Virus record (IMG/VR): IMGVR_UViG_3300035170_000083
Coordinates: 1,736 to 65,735 of that record
DNA length: 64,000 nucleotides
Direction: 5' to 3' (one strand)
Origin: a virus
Lineage: Duplodnaviria > Caudoviricetes
The position numbers and the translations under genes are program-made. Positions within the stretch are counted from its first letter, which is position 1, and each line of letters opens with the position of its first letter. The notes beneath the pieces are model-generated. The model had not been told where the DNA came from and made no database searches. It saw only the letters and a list, made by a program, of their open reading frames with translations. Shown one piece after another: positions 25,887-35,516 of the stretch.

Positions 25887-26266
25887 CAGCCGTCGACCTG
25901 CACGATGGGACGGTTCTGCCGAGCGAATACGGTCGGGAATGCCTCTCGTGCGGCCGCCAGCATCTCGTCGAATGACCACAGGCCGCGCGCCAGGAAGGTC
26001 GAATGCGAACCGGTGCGATGGTCGACGGAGCGGTCCCACCAGGCTACGACCGTCCAATCCTGGGAGCCGAGCAGGCGGCGGGACAGCAACGCACGTCCTT
26101 CCTCCTGCGGCCCCCTGGGGCACCACTCGCCATCGAGAGGAAAGGGAGCGAGCGAATAGGAGACGTACAGCCCCCCTTCCCGGTCCCAGAGATGATGACC
26201 GGAATGTGCGCCCACCCGAGGCTCGCAACCGAAGTACCAGACGCGAGCGGCGGCGTTCGGTGTCAT
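25886..26266 (-). CDS. Hypothetical phage protein
   Basis: 'WYFGC...GHHLW...WTVVAWWDRSVDHRTGSHSTF'; coupled starts and stops. Confidence 0.6.
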   Translation of the reverse strand: MTPNAAARVWYFGCEPRVGAHSGHHLWDREGGLYVSYSLAPFPLDGEWCPRGPQEEGRALLSRRLLGSQDWTVVAWWDRSVDHRTGSHSTFLARGLWSFDEMLAAAREAFPTVFARQNRPIVQVDG

Positions 26267-26502
26267 AGGTCCAAGCACTTTCCGCCGCAGTGCTGACGAC
26301 AATGGGCCGTGCACTGACCACCCTGGCAGCGGTCATCGGCGATGCCCTGGCAGCGAGGCACACCGCCTGCCCAGTTGCCACCGGCCACCGCGGCGCAGCG
26401 CCGTTCGGCCGGTGGCGCCGGCGGTCGCTTGCGCGGGAACGCGCGGCCGATGAGCAGCCCGACCGCGCCCGCGGCGCCGCCGAAAATGAAGTCGAGGATC
26501 AT
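26263..26502 (-). CDS. Small membrane protein with a Cys-rich tail
   Basis: N-terminal TM helix; several Cys. Confidence 0.5.
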   Translation of the reverse strand: MILDFIFGGAAGAVGLLIGRAFPRKRPPAPPAERRCAAVAGGNWAGGVPRCQGIADDRCQGGQCTAHCRQHCGGKCLDL

Positions 26503-26717
26503 CGGCTGCCTCCTCGGTCCTCGATCGGGCTGTACTTCTTCGGGTCGCGCCCGTCTTTGAGAGCGAACTTCGTGCAGCTGGCGCACACGTTGTCGTGCAT
26601 GCCTTTGTGGTCGACCGTCCACGGGTCGACGAGTTTGCGCCCGCAGAGCGCCGTCTTCGTCGACGCGCCCCACAGGCTGAACAGGTGGTATCGCTTCTTC
26701 GCCGCGTCCGCGCTCAT
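26499..26717 (-). CDS. Small Zn-binding protein
   Basis: H...ALCG...CASC. Confidence 0.5.
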   Translation of the reverse strand: MSADAAKKRYHLFSLWGASTKTALCGRKLVDPWTVDHKGMHDNVCASCTKFALKDGRDPKKYSPIEDRGGSR

Positions 26718-27223
26718 AGCGCCCACCTGGTCGGCTGGAGCGTCTCCTTGAGGTAGAGCGGATGGTGCGGCTCGGTCTTGGTCAGCTTCAGGAAGTGGAG
26801 CGGGCGGTCGTCCAGCATCCCTCGGACGTACCTGCTGCGCTCGTGCAGTTCGCCGTGGGTCCCCCAGGCGCAGACGACCATCGCCGCGGCGGCGGACTGC
26901 GTTTGCCGGCGCAGCACATCATCGTTCTCGCGCCCAACCGGATCGGCGAGGTCATAGAGCTCCAGCGGGTCCGTCGCGCGCCAAGCGAAGATGTTGAGGA
27001 TGCCGACCGAGCCATAGCCCCAGCGCTGCGCGAAGCGGCAGCACTTCGCCACCGTGGGGTCATTCTTCAGGTGCGTGGCCGTGCTGGGGTTGAGCATGAC
27101 GAAGACGCAGCGCTGGCCGACGCCCGACAGCTGGATGTCGAGCCAGTAGCGGTAGCGCTCGCACTCGCTGAACCACGCCTCCCGGCGCAGCCCATCGAGG
27201 CCGACCTGGTTGCGGACGATCAC
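26714..27223 (-). CDS. DUF1643 family protein
   Basis: 'YRYWL...FVMLNPSTA...DPTV..C..FA..WGY...NIFAWRATDP...VCAWG...PHHPLY'. Confidence 0.92.
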   Translation of the reverse strand: MIVRNQVGLDGLRREAWFSECERYRYWLDIQLSGVGQRCVFVMLNPSTATHLKNDPTVAKCCRFAQRWGYGSVGILNIFAWRATDPLELYDLADPVGRENDDVLRRQTQSAAAAMVVCAWGTHGELHERSRYVRGMLDDRPLHFLKLTKTEPHHPLYLKETLQPTRWAL

Positions 27224-27299
27224 GGCTCACCCGTGGCGGCCAATGCCACCAGCACGGCGAAGGCGACGGCGCCGCCGGCGAGGCAGAGCAGGACGGCCA

Positions 27300-27896
27300 T
27301 CACGCGGCCTCGGGCGGTGCCGGGGCCGGCTGCTCGGCGGCCAGTTCGGCGCGGATGGCCTCCTTGAGGCGCGGCAGGATACGCTCGACGAACTGCCTCG
27401 ATTGAGGCTCTGGCATCTCGCGGAACATCTCTTCGTAGAGATCTCGGTAGCCGCCGATCAGATGAGCGCCGCGAGAGTGATTCGCCCAGTCGTTCCATTC
27501 GAACTCGGTATGCAACTGGCCGTAGTCGTCATCGATCTCGTCCCACGCCGCGCGCGCGTCCTCCTTTTCGAGCCACCCCTCGCGGCGCAGCTCGCAGATT
27601 GCGCGTCGGGCGGCCTGCAGAGACGAACGGTCGTCGTAGATGTCCGACTTCCGATTCGAGCACGCCATGATCTTGCTGCGCACGTAGTGCTCGTCGACGC
27701 CGAGCAGCCACGCGCGGAAGTCTCGGTCGCCGAAGTGCGTCCAGCGGAACGAGTAGTTGCCGTAGTCAGAGACCGCCGAGAAGAAGCCGTTGGAGCCGAG
27801 CACCACCTCGGCCCACTCGAAGGACCGGCCATCCGTCGGCGGCAGGCGGTAGAACCAGAGGCGCGGGCTGTGCCCGTCCGTTCCCGGGTTGGCCAT
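27300..27896 (-). CDS. Hypothetical phage protein
   Basis: 'SDYGNYSFRWTH...DEHYVRSKI'; translationally coupled. Confidence 0.6.
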   Translation of the reverse strand: MANPGTDGHSPRLWFYRLPPTDGRSFEWAEVVLGSNGFFSAVSDYGNYSFRWTHFGDRDFRAWLLGVDEHYVRSKIMACSNRKSDIYDDRSSLQAARRAICELRREGWLEKEDARAAWDEIDDDYGQLHTEFEWNDWANHSRGAHLIGGYRDLYEEMFREMPEPQSRQFVERILPRLKEAIRAELAAEQPAPAPPEAA

Positions 27897-28615
27897 TACG
27901 CCGCCTCCGGCGCTTCGGGGACGACGACGATGAGGCTGTCGTCGGCCCAGTAGGTCGTCGACAGCGCGACGTGCTCCTCGAACCACTTGTCGAGTGCCAC
28001 CTGCAGCGCCTGCTTGCCCTCGTCGGAAACGTCGACCATGTCCGCGCCATCTTCGACGGCATCGCTGGCGCGGTCGGCCATCCGGTCGAGCACGTCGTCG
28101 GCATCAGGCGCGACCCAGTCTTTGGACTCGCGGCAGGCGAAGTAGACGCGTCCCGGCTCCATCGAATCGACGCTGACGTAGTCGTCGAGGTCGGCGTCGT
28201 AGACCATCTCGACGGTGTATTCCGCCAGGGTGATGCGCGGCAGCCCCTCCCGCCGCTGTGCCTCCGCTTCGTCGCGGCGCCGATCCTGCTCGGCCTGCTG
28301 GCCGGGGCACGCGTTGTTCAGGTGCTGCAGCTCGAACCGGTTCAACAGCTTCTGGCAATGGGGGCATCGCCGGCGGATGCCGTTGCAGCATTGCTCGCAG
28401 CCGACGAGCGTCTGATGGCGGTACGGGAAATGCTCTCGGGCGTCGTCGCCCTGGAGTCCGTACTGATTCTGCTCGAGCCGCAGCCCCGTCCCTTTGCAGG
28501 TCTCGCAGAGCACGTCGCCCTCCTGCAGGTCGTGCAGGAGCTTGGTGGTCGCCGGGAACACCTCGCCTAGCGCGGCGAACAGGGGGACCTCGACGCGATT
28601 GGGCTTGGTGATCAT
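27896..28615 (-). CDS. DnaJ-like Zn-finger protein
   Basis: CETCKGTG...CEQCCNG...CPHC. Confidence 0.6.
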   Translation of the reverse strand: MITKPNRVEVPLFAALGEVFPATTKLLHDLQEGDVLCETCKGTGLRLEQNQYGLQGDDAREHFPYRHQTLVGCEQCCNGIRRRCPHCQKLLNRFELQHLNNACPGQQAEQDRRRDEAEAQRREGLPRITLAEYTVEMVYDADLDDYVSVDSMEPGRVYFACRESKDWVAPDADDVLDRMADRASDAVEDGADMVDVSDEGKQALQVALDKWFEEHVALSTTYWADDSLIVVVPEAPEAA

Positions 28616-28833
28616 CAGCGCTTCCTCCAATCGCCGGCGTCGGCGCAGGTTGAGAAGTGGCTCGTGTACGTCTCGCGGTGCAGCCGGCGGTCCTCGTCCG
28701 TGACGGTCCGCGCGACGCCGCCGACGAACACCAGGTTCCCCTTCGAGGTCGGCTTCGCGTCGAGCGGCATCTTCTTGCCGTGCTTCGTGTCGGCCCAGAT
28801 GACCTCGGCTTCGCAGCTACGGCAGCGGGCCAT
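28615..28833 (-). CDS. Small Zn-finger phage protein
   Basis: 'CRSCEAEVIWA.T..GKKMPLDA.P...SHFSTC'. Confidence 0.7.
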   Translation of the reverse strand: MARCRSCEAEVIWADTKHGKKMPLDAKPTSKGNLVFVGGVARTVTDEDRRLHRETYTSHFSTCADAGDWRKR

Positions 28834-29071
28834 CGTCGCCCTCCTCGTCGGTGACTTTGAGACAGCGGCGGCACTGCATGGCCTCGTCGCCGCAGAACAG
28901 GTGCGTGGGGCAGAAGTAGCCGCCGCATCCGTCATCGCCGCCGCCCGGCGTGCGGCCGCACAGGTAGGCCAGCCCGCGGTTGATCTTGTTCGTGCAGCCC
29001 GGCTCCTCGCAGGTCGCTTCGACCGAGTAGCCGCAGGGCTTGCCGTTGACCTCGTAGTAGGCCCAGCCCAT
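28817..29071 (-). CDS. Cys-rich phage protein
   Basis: 'MGW...GYSVEATCEEPGC..KINRGLAYLCG...GCGGYFC..H'. Confidence 0.7.
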   Translation of the reverse strand: MGWAYYEVNGKPCGYSVEATCEEPGCTNKINRGLAYLCGRTPGGGDDGCGGYFCPTHLFCGDEAMQCRRCLKVTDEEGDDGPLP

Positions 29072-29328
29072 CAGCGTTGACCCCGAAGAAGAGCTCGCGC
29101 GGACCGCTTGCGGCGCCCGGGAACGACCTCGATCGTGATGCGGCAGACTTCGAGGCGTTCGTCTCCGACGGCGTAGTCCTTGAGCACCTCGGCCGGCGGC
29201 TTAGCCGGCGGAAGACCGGCGTAGTCGTTGAGAAACGTCGGGACCATCCAGCCGAGCGCGCCGTCGGCATAGCGACCGACGTAGCCGAAGGTGACGATGC
29301 GGTCCGATGGCTGTCGTCGCTTACCCAT
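29071..29328 (-). CDS. Hypothetical protein
   Basis: Coupled ORF in the early-left operon. Confidence 0.5.
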   Translation of the reverse strand: MGKRRQPSDRIVTFGYVGRYADGALGWMVPTFLNDYAGLPPAKPPAEVLKDYAVGDERLEVCRITIEVVPGRRKRSARALLRGQR

Positions 29329-29902
29329 GGTCGCCGCCTTCCTCGTCGAGCGCGGCGAGCTTCATGATGACGTCCTTGACGCGCTCGTCGGTGTACACGT
29401 CGAGCGCGTTCTCCGATGCCTCCTGCAGCTCGCGCCATAGCGGCAGTCGCGCGGCGAGGTCACGGCTTCCCTCGTCGAGGGCCTTCTTCGTGGCCTCGCG
29501 AGCTTTGTTGGCCATGGTCCGCACCTCGTCGCTCCCGCTGGCCCCGTGAATCGCCGCCATCACCAGTGCGCTGCGTACCTCTTCGTGCTCAGCCCACGAC
29601 GACTGCAGGATGAGCGCCTCGCGCATCGCCGCCGCCTGGGCCTGCGTGCGGGCGTGGGCTTGAATCTCCTCGCCGGCTCGCCGTTGCCAATCAGCGCTCT
29701 CCGCTCGGCTGCGGTCCAGCCCCGCCTCCAGCTGCGCGATACGCTCATCGGGAAGCGGCGGCGCAGCGCCGGGTCCATCGAGGTTCGGCTCGTGCGGCCC
29801 CGGACCCGGATCGATTTGCGGAAGCCCATTCGAGTCGAGGCCGCCGCGGTCCGGGTAGCACCGCAGGCAAGTGGTGTTGGCTAGGTCGTGGCGGCAGCTC
29901 AT
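29321..29902 (-). CDS. Hypothetical coiled-coil protein
   Basis: SD GGAGG; MSCRHDL start. Confidence 0.55.
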   Translation of the reverse strand: MSCRHDLANTTCLRCYPDRGGLDSNGLPQIDPGPGPHEPNLDGPGAAPPLPDERIAQLEAGLDRSRAESADWQRRAGEEIQAHARTQAQAAAMREALILQSSWAEHEEVRSALVMAAIHGASGSDEVRTMANKAREATKKALDEGSRDLAARLPLWRELQEASENALDVYTDERVKDVIMKLAALDEEGGDHG

Positions 29903-29903
29903 G

Positions 29904-30404
29904 TCACCCCTCCGGCATCTCGCGCCAGGGCTTGAGCGCGGTCTTGAGTTCGTCCAGTGCCCGCGCGGCGTCGAGGAAGTTCTTCCCGGGCTCCATGTTC
30001 TCGACCAGGCGGTCGGCGGCCCGGGCGATCTCATCCATCAGCCCGACGAACTTGCGCAGCGTCTCCGGCGTCACCCCGCCCGGATCGCCGCCGGCGAGCA
30101 GTCCGGTCGCCTCCTGCCACTCGACGGTGTGAGCGTCGAGTGCGTCCGCCGCTCTGTCACGTTCGTATCGGAGCGACACGCGGATGGAATCGGCCAGCGA
30201 CGCCGTCTCGGGGTCGTCGGCTGCATCTTCGGCGGTGGTGCCGAGCGCCTTCCACGCGTCCGCAAGTTGCGCCTCGAGCTGCGCGATGCGAGCCGCGGGC
30301 CCCGCGGAGCCTCCGAAGAAGCAGCGCATGCACGGGAGCGCGTTGCCCATCGAATCGCGCTCTGGCACTGCGCCGCATTTACAGACGACGTCGCTGACGC
30401 TCAT
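29904..30404 (-). CDS. Hypothetical protein with an N-terminal Zn ribbon
   Basis: CKCG...PCMRC followed by 'RIAQLEA', which the neighbouring gene shares. Confidence 0.55.
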   Translation of the reverse strand: MSVSDVVCKCGAVPERDSMGNALPCMRCFFGGSAGPAARIAQLEAQLADAWKALGTTAEDAADDPETASLADSIRVSLRYERDRAADALDAHTVEWQEATGLLAGGDPGGVTPETLRKFVGLMDEIARAADRLVENMEPGKNFLDAARALDELKTALKPWREMPEG

Positions 30405-30961
30405 CGCCCGCCCCCGCGCCGCGCGTCGACGGCGGAGAGCTTGACGTCTAGTTCGGCGAGGGCGGGGCAGTTTGGCAGCGCGCAATAGCAAGCCTTTGCC
30501 TTCCGTGTCGCCTCGACTGCTTCCTCGAGGGCGGTAACGTATGCGCCCGCCTGCGCGCTCGTCGGGTCGGCGAGGACGGTGTCGATCTCTACCTCCAAGA
30601 GAAGCCACTCTCGCGGGCTCAATTCGTGGTCGCGCTTCACGCGCTGCAGCGCCGCGACCGCGCGGCCGAGGGCGGCTTGCGCCGCGTTGCGCTCATGAAT
30701 GACGCTGAATCGGTCTTCCTCAGTCGACTTCAAATCGATTCGCAGCCGCGCGATCTCCTCCCGCGCCTGGTTGCGCTCGGCCAGCGCCTGGCTGAGGTCG
30801 CCGCGCACCGCCTCGTTCTCCTTGACCAGGTTCATCACCTGCTCCCCGGCGTCGCGCATGGCGGTCTCTAGCGCCTTGACGCGCTCGTCGACCTTCTGCT
30901 CGTGCTCGGCCATGCGCGCGTTGAACCGTTCCTCGAGCCAGTGCACCGGCTGGTCGCTCAT
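30401..30961 (-). CDS. Coiled-coil protein
   Basis: MSDQPVHW start; heptad repeats. Confidence 0.55.
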   Translation of the reverse strand: MSDQPVHWLEERFNARMAEHEQKVDERVKALETAMRDAGEQVMNLVKENEAVRGDLSQALAERNQAREEIARLRIDLKSTEEDRFSVIHERNAAQAALGRAVAALQRVKRDHELSPREWLLLEVEIDTVLADPTSAQAGAYVTALEEAVEATRKAKACYCALPNCPALAELDVKLSAVDARRGGGR

Positions 30962-31641
30962 GCTGCCCTCTGTCGTTCGGCGACGACGCGGTCGATGACT
31001 TCCGACGGCACGCGGCGCACCACGCGCGGCGCCCCCTTCGGACGTACCTCCAGCACGCCAGCCTGCGTGAGCCACCGAGCCAGCGTCATGTCGGTCAGTC
31101 CGCGGGCGCGCGCCGCGCCATTCACTGTTTCCGTCGCGTGCCAGCGCTCGACGGCGTCGTCGATCTCCAGCGGGCAAACGAAGTGGCGATGCCACGCCGC
31201 GGGACGCTCTTTTCCGCGACGCGACGGGTCGGAGATCGCCATGCGCCGCCTGACCCCCGCCCAGCGCATGATGTTGCGCAGCGTCTCGACCTCGTAGCCG
31301 GTCCGGTCGGCGGCGTCTGTGATGTACTCGAACCCTTCCGGGCATCCGGCCGTAAGGCCAAGCTGGACGCCGCGGTCATACAGGCTTTGCGGGGTTCGCC
31401 CTCCCATCTCCTCGGCGATGGCGGAGAGGCGCAAGCCGGAGTCCCAGAGCAACGCCAGCTTCTTGTCCTCGGTGGCCGTGTAGTGCTTTTTGACGCCGAC
31501 GCCGAGTCGGTGCGCGCGCATTCGGATGGCGTTCCACGTCCGCCCCGGCAGCGCCGCCATGATCGCCTGCTTGTCCTGCAACGGGTAGAGCTGTCGCAAC
31601 ACTTCGTGCTCCGCGTCGGTCCAGTCGGGGTTCTTCGCCAT
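30958..31641 (-). CDS. Myb/HTH-repeat DNA-binding protein
   Basis: 'WTDAEHEVLRQLYP...LPGRTWNAIRMRAHRLG' repeated, with further HTH segments. Confidence 0.7.
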   Translation of the reverse strand: MAKNPDWTDAEHEVLRQLYPLQDKQAIMAALPGRTWNAIRMRAHRLGVGVKKHYTATEDKKLALLWDSGLRLSAIAEEMGGRTPQSLYDRGVQLGLTAGCPEGFEYITDAADRTGYEVETLRNIMRWAGVRRRMAISDPSRRGKERPAAWHRHFVCPLEIDDAVERWHATETVNGAARARGLTDMTLARWLTQAGVLEVRPKGAPRVVRRVPSEVIDRVVAERQRAA

Positions 31642-31643
31642 GG

Positions 31644-32957
31644 CTAGGCCAGCGGGTCCGGAAAGTCTTCGAACAGCGACGGCGCCTCCACTGCAGCCGG
31701 CGGCGAGTCCTCGGCCGCGTCGGCCTCGACCACCTCCCCGTCCTCGATGACGACGCCGACACCGACGTCACCGTCCGTGACGCGCTCCATTACCACCTGC
31801 ATGTCGTTCGCCTCGGCCCACTCGGCGACCAGGCGCATCCCATCGCTGTCCAGGAGGGAGCCGTCGCGCACGATGATGAGGCGCAGCTTCGGGTTGAGCG
31901 CCGCGCCGATGGCCAGGCAGCACCGCAGCTGCTCGGCGCTCGAGGCCTGGGAGAACGGGACGCCGTTCATGGTCACGACGTCGTCGTCGACCGAGAGCCC
32001 CGGCACGGGAAACTTGGCGCCGTCGAGCGCTTTGGCCTTTGCGGCATCGATGTCCGCGATGGCCTTTGTCAGCTTGGCAGCGGCGCTCTCCCGCGCCTCG
32101 AGCTCTGCCGCCTTGGCCGCGCGTGCCTTCTTCGCCCGCACGGCGCCGTTGGTTTGCTCGGCCGTCTGCATCTTGGCAGCGATGGCATCGAAGTCGAGCG
32201 GCGCGATGGCCCGGATGGCCATGGTCGCGATATCAACATCGGCCTCGGCTCTGCTCAGACGCTCCTGGGCATCGGCAAGTCGACGCTGAGCTTCTTCGAC
32301 CGCGACCTTGCACGCCGTCGCATGGTGGACGGCATCACGGTGGTCTCGGCGGACTCGCTCGTTCGCCGCGTGCTGGTCGGATGCGGCCTTGTGCTCCTTG
32401 GCCAGGTCGGACAGCGACACTTCTTCGTCCGGGGCGTCGACCTCGGGCATGCCAGCGAGCTGCCCCTTGAGCTTGGTCACGTCGCGGTTGACGTCGGTGC
32501 GGCTTTCGAAGTGCTTCTTCCGCTCGGCGTCCAGCTTCGACGTGTCGAGCCCCACCAGCGTGCGCAGCATCTGCGCCTGCTTCTTCGGGTCCATCCGCGA
32601 GAACTCGAGCGGGTCGAAATTCAGCTGACCGACCGCCGCGTCCAGCACTGACTGCGGCGAGGGATAGCGCGCCCCGTCCTTCGACTCTACGACGAGGGTG
32701 GACTTGCCGTCGGCGGAAAACTTCCGCGTGACGAGGATGTCGCCCAGGTCGAGGACGACGGTCGCCTTATCGGCGCCGTCGAGCACCGGCTTCTGCGGCG
32801 CCGCGTCCTTGCCGCCCAGCGCCGCCTGGATCGCGTCGAGCACCGACGACTTCCCCGCGCCGTTCCGGCCGGAGATGACCGCCAGCGTCGGGTCCGGCTG
32901 GATGCGCACCGCCTTCAAACGCTTGAACTTCTCGGCGCGTAGCTCGATGACTCGCAT
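31644..32957 (-). CDS. SMC/RecN-like AAA ATPase
   Basis: Walker A GRNGAGKSS, long coiled coil, signature 'SQASSAEQ' and 'IIVRDGSLLD'. Confidence 0.9.
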   Translation of the reverse strand: MRVIELRAEKFKRLKAVRIQPDPTLAVISGRNGAGKSSVLDAIQAALGGKDAAPQKPVLDGADKATVVLDLGDILVTRKFSADGKSTLVVESKDGARYPSPQSVLDAAVGQLNFDPLEFSRMDPKKQAQMLRTLVGLDTSKLDAERKKHFESRTDVNRDVTKLKGQLAGMPEVDAPDEEVSLSDLAKEHKAASDQHAANERVRRDHRDAVHHATACKVAVEEAQRRLADAQERLSRAEADVDIATMAIRAIAPLDFDAIAAKMQTAEQTNGAVRAKKARAAKAAELEARESAAAKLTKAIADIDAAKAKALDGAKFPVPGLSVDDDVVTMNGVPFSQASSAEQLRCCLAIGAALNPKLRLIIVRDGSLLDSDGMRLVAEWAEANDMQVVMERVTDGDVGVGVVIEDGEVVEADAAEDSPPAAVEAPSLFEDFPDPLA

Positions 32958-33051
32958 CGTTCGTTCTCCTAAAGCGCGCAGCGACGCGGCCGCAGGCCAG
33001 GGGGAGAGAGGAGGGGGCTCTCCGCCCGCGGCCGCGTCGAGCGCACAGCTG

Positions 33052-34209
33052 TTACCCGGCGGACTTGACCGCCGTGACCTGAGCCTTGTGGGACTTCCGC
33101 AAGCCGCCGGCCTTCGCGATGCCGGCCAGCAGCTTTTCCTCGAGCGATTTCATGGTCTGCCCGGTCGCCTTCGCCGGGCCCCGCACCGCTTCGTGCAGCG
33201 CATTCTTCGAGACCTTGCGCGTGACGCTGCGGTCGGCGATCTCCGCGCCCAGCTGCTCGCGCAGAACGTCGTACGCCACTTTCTCATCCAGGCTTTCCCG
33301 AGAGACCATCACCTGCTTGACGACGCGGCCGTCGGGCAGGCGGATGGGGTCCTCGACCGCCCAGTCGCGCAGCTGCGCGTCCATCATGTCGAGCACGGGG
33401 CGCACGCGCTCGAGCAGCATCCAGGCCGTGGCGCGGTCCTCGCGGGCCAGCGGCGCGCCCGTCTGCAGCTGCACCAGCTCGCCCACCAGGTTGCGGTAGC
33501 CGGGGCAGTGGTCCTTGCTCTCGCAGAACCGGCACCAGGGCCCGCGCGACACGTCCGGCACCGGGGCCGCGTTCGCCGCCGCCGCCTGGAGGCGCGCCAG
33601 CAGCGCCACCAGCTCATCGGCGATGTCGTCCAGGTCGAAGGCGTCGAGCTCTGCCGTCTCCTCGAAGATGTCCCCGGACTCCTTGAGGTACCAGAAGGAG
33701 ATGCGGGCCTTCGACAGGCCGAGGACCCGGCACGCGCACAACGCCAGAAACCGTAGCTGCCAGGCGCGCTTCGCGGGGCCGAGGTTATAGAAGCCCGTCT
33801 TCCAGTCGATGACGATGACGGTGTCGCCGGCGACGCCCACCAGGTCGGCCGTGCCTGGGACCTCATGCGCCTGGAGCCCGTGCTCCTTGTAGCGCCGGCC
33901 GATGTTGTAGCCGAGGATGCGCGCCGTCCCCGTCCGCGGGTCGTAGGCGTAGGCCACCTCGAGGTGGCCGCCCTCGGGCAGGCGATCGAGCCGCAGGTTC
34001 TCGCAGAACACGCGATGCTCCGCGTCCTCTGGAATCGCGGCAAGCGCCGCCCCTTCCCCCTCCGCTCGGGCGCAGACGATGAAGTCGTGCACCGCGATTC
34101 CGAGCAGCGCCGCCGCCGACGAGACGTCCATCACCCGCGGCAGGAAGTGCGACGGGGGGCAATTATCCGCGCGGTCGAGCGACGATGCCGATGGCATGTG
34201 AAAGGTCAT
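33052..34209 (-). CDS. PD-(D/E)XK exonuclease (Cas4/DUF2800-like)
   Basis: 'SASSL...CP', 'EVAY', 'GTADLV', 'IDWKTG', 'QL', 'WCRFC....CP'. Confidence 0.88.
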   Translation of the reverse strand: MTFHMPSASSLDRADNCPPSHFLPRVMDVSSAAALLGIAVHDFIVCARAEGEGAALAAIPEDAEHRVFCENLRLDRLPEGGHLEVAYAYDPRTGTARILGYNIGRRYKEHGLQAHEVPGTADLVGVAGDTVIVIDWKTGFYNLGPAKRAWQLRFLALCACRVLGLSKARISFWYLKESGDIFEETAELDAFDLDDIADELVALLARLQAAAANAAPVPDVSRGPWCRFCESKDHCPGYRNLVGELVQLQTGAPLAREDRATAWMLLERVRPVLDMMDAQLRDWAVEDPIRLPDGRVVKQVMVSRESLDEKVAYDVLREQLGAEIADRSVTRKVSKNALHEAVRGPAKATGQTMKSLEEKLLAGIAKAGGLRKSHKAQVTAVKSAG

Positions 34210-34212
34210 GCG

Positions 34213-35286
34213 TCAGCTCGCCTTCGGCGCGTGCTTCTTGCAGCGGTAGCCGAAGCCCGAGTACCTGACGCCCTCGTTGGTGCAGCACTCGCCGCTCACG
34301 CCGTCGGACCAAAGGCACTGCCCGCTGTCCTCTTCCTTCTGGTTGCCAGCCGGCGCGTCCGCCTTCGGGGCCGACGCCAGGGCGGCCTTCACGCGATCGC
34401 AGGCCACCCTGTAGGCCTCGGCGACGCTCGCGCGTTGCGGTCCGGGTGGCAACGTCAGGCTCTCCCCGCGGATACCGGTCAGCTGCTCGAGCGTGGTCGC
34501 GTTCTCGGACTCCTTGAGAAGACGCTTGACGACGGCGTCGACGTCGGGCTGCGGCTCCTTCGCCGGCGTCGTGGGCGCGGCATCCGTCGCCGGCTTCATG
34601 TCGAGCACCACCTTGGCGGGGGAGGCTTTCTCCCATGACCGCTCCTGGTCGGCGGCCCCGATCATGTCGTCGGGGAAGTCCTCCAGATCCTGATGGAAGA
34701 GGTTGCTCGTGCGGGTCACGCCGAGGACGGCGTGCACCAGCGACCGCTTGCACGCCATCTTCTCGATGGTGTTGACCAGCGTGTAGATGTCCTCGTTGGG
34801 CAGCCGAAACTTGACGTAAGTCGAGTTGTTGCGGCCGTTGAATTCCTTCGACTTCAGCGTTCGCTTGTCGATGCCGTTGGGGACCTGATTGTCGTAGACC
34901 CAGCGCCACGCATAGCGGTCTTCCTTGCTGTTGCAGGAACCGAGGCCGATGCCAGCGAATGCTCCGCCCCGCCGTGTCAGTCGGCAGCGCTTCCGGTAGA
35001 AGAAGAACGGCCTGTCCCAGTCCTGGACGGTCTCCGCGTCCTCGTACTCGAAGGCGAGAGAGTAGATTTCGCAGAGCTTCTGCGCCCCCGGCTGGTAGAG
35101 CGTCCGCTTTTCCGTGCCCGGAATGACGCCGTAGTCGATGCCGTCCTTCATCGTCTCGGAGACGAAGGCCTGCAGCTCCTGTAGCCGCTTCAGCGACTCC
35201 GCCGGACTGCAGTGCATGGCGAGCCCCAACGGCTCGGGCTGCGCAATCAACTGCTGCTGCGGAATCACTGCCAACTCACCGCCCAT
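34213..35286 (-). CDS. Putative ssDNA-annealing/recombination protein
   Basis: 'DYGVIPGT.K.TLYQPGAQKL...G.GSCNSKE...NTIEKMACKRSLV...FHQDLED'; adjacent to the exonuclease. Confidence 0.65.
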   Translation of the reverse strand: MGGELAVIPQQQLIAQPEPLGLAMHCSPAESLKRLQELQAFVSETMKDGIDYGVIPGTEKRTLYQPGAQKLCEIYSLAFEYEDAETVQDWDRPFFFYRKRCRLTRRGGAFAGIGLGSCNSKEDRYAWRWVYDNQVPNGIDKRTLKSKEFNGRNNSTYVKFRLPNEDIYTLVNTIEKMACKRSLVHAVLGVTRTSNLFHQDLEDFPDDMIGAADQERSWEKASPAKVVLDMKPATDAAPTTPAKEPQPDVDAVVKRLLKESENATTLEQLTGIRGESLTLPPGPQRASVAEAYRVACDRVKAALASAPKADAPAGNQKEEDSGQCLWSDGVSGECCTNEGVRYSGFGYRCKKHAPKAS

Positions 35287-35315
35287 GGTCGTTTCCCCTC
35301 TTCTCTCGTCGGTCT

Positions 35316-35516
35316 CTATCGAACCCAGGCGCTCGCGCATGTCATCGCGTCGGCCGACTGCGTGGCGAGCACGTACAGCACCCCGGCGACGGCCATGACC
35401 GCGAAGCAGATGCCGGCAATCACCGCGCTCGCCTCGCGCGACCGCTCCCGGTGCGTGTCGTAGTGCTCGCTACCCGTCGTGATCTTCGGCGGCTCCATGT
35501 CCCCCTCCTTCGCCAT
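35316..35516 (-). CDS. Small membrane protein
   Basis: One TM helix; translationally coupled. Confidence 0.45.
   Translation of the reverse strand: MAKEGDMEPPKITTGSEHYDTHRERSREASAVIAGICFAVMAVAGVLYVLATQSADAMTCASAWVR

Noticed and set aside
33052-34209. Cas4 as a sign of a CRISPR system
   Set aside because: It lies in a standard phage recombination trio with an annealing protein and an AAA ATPase.
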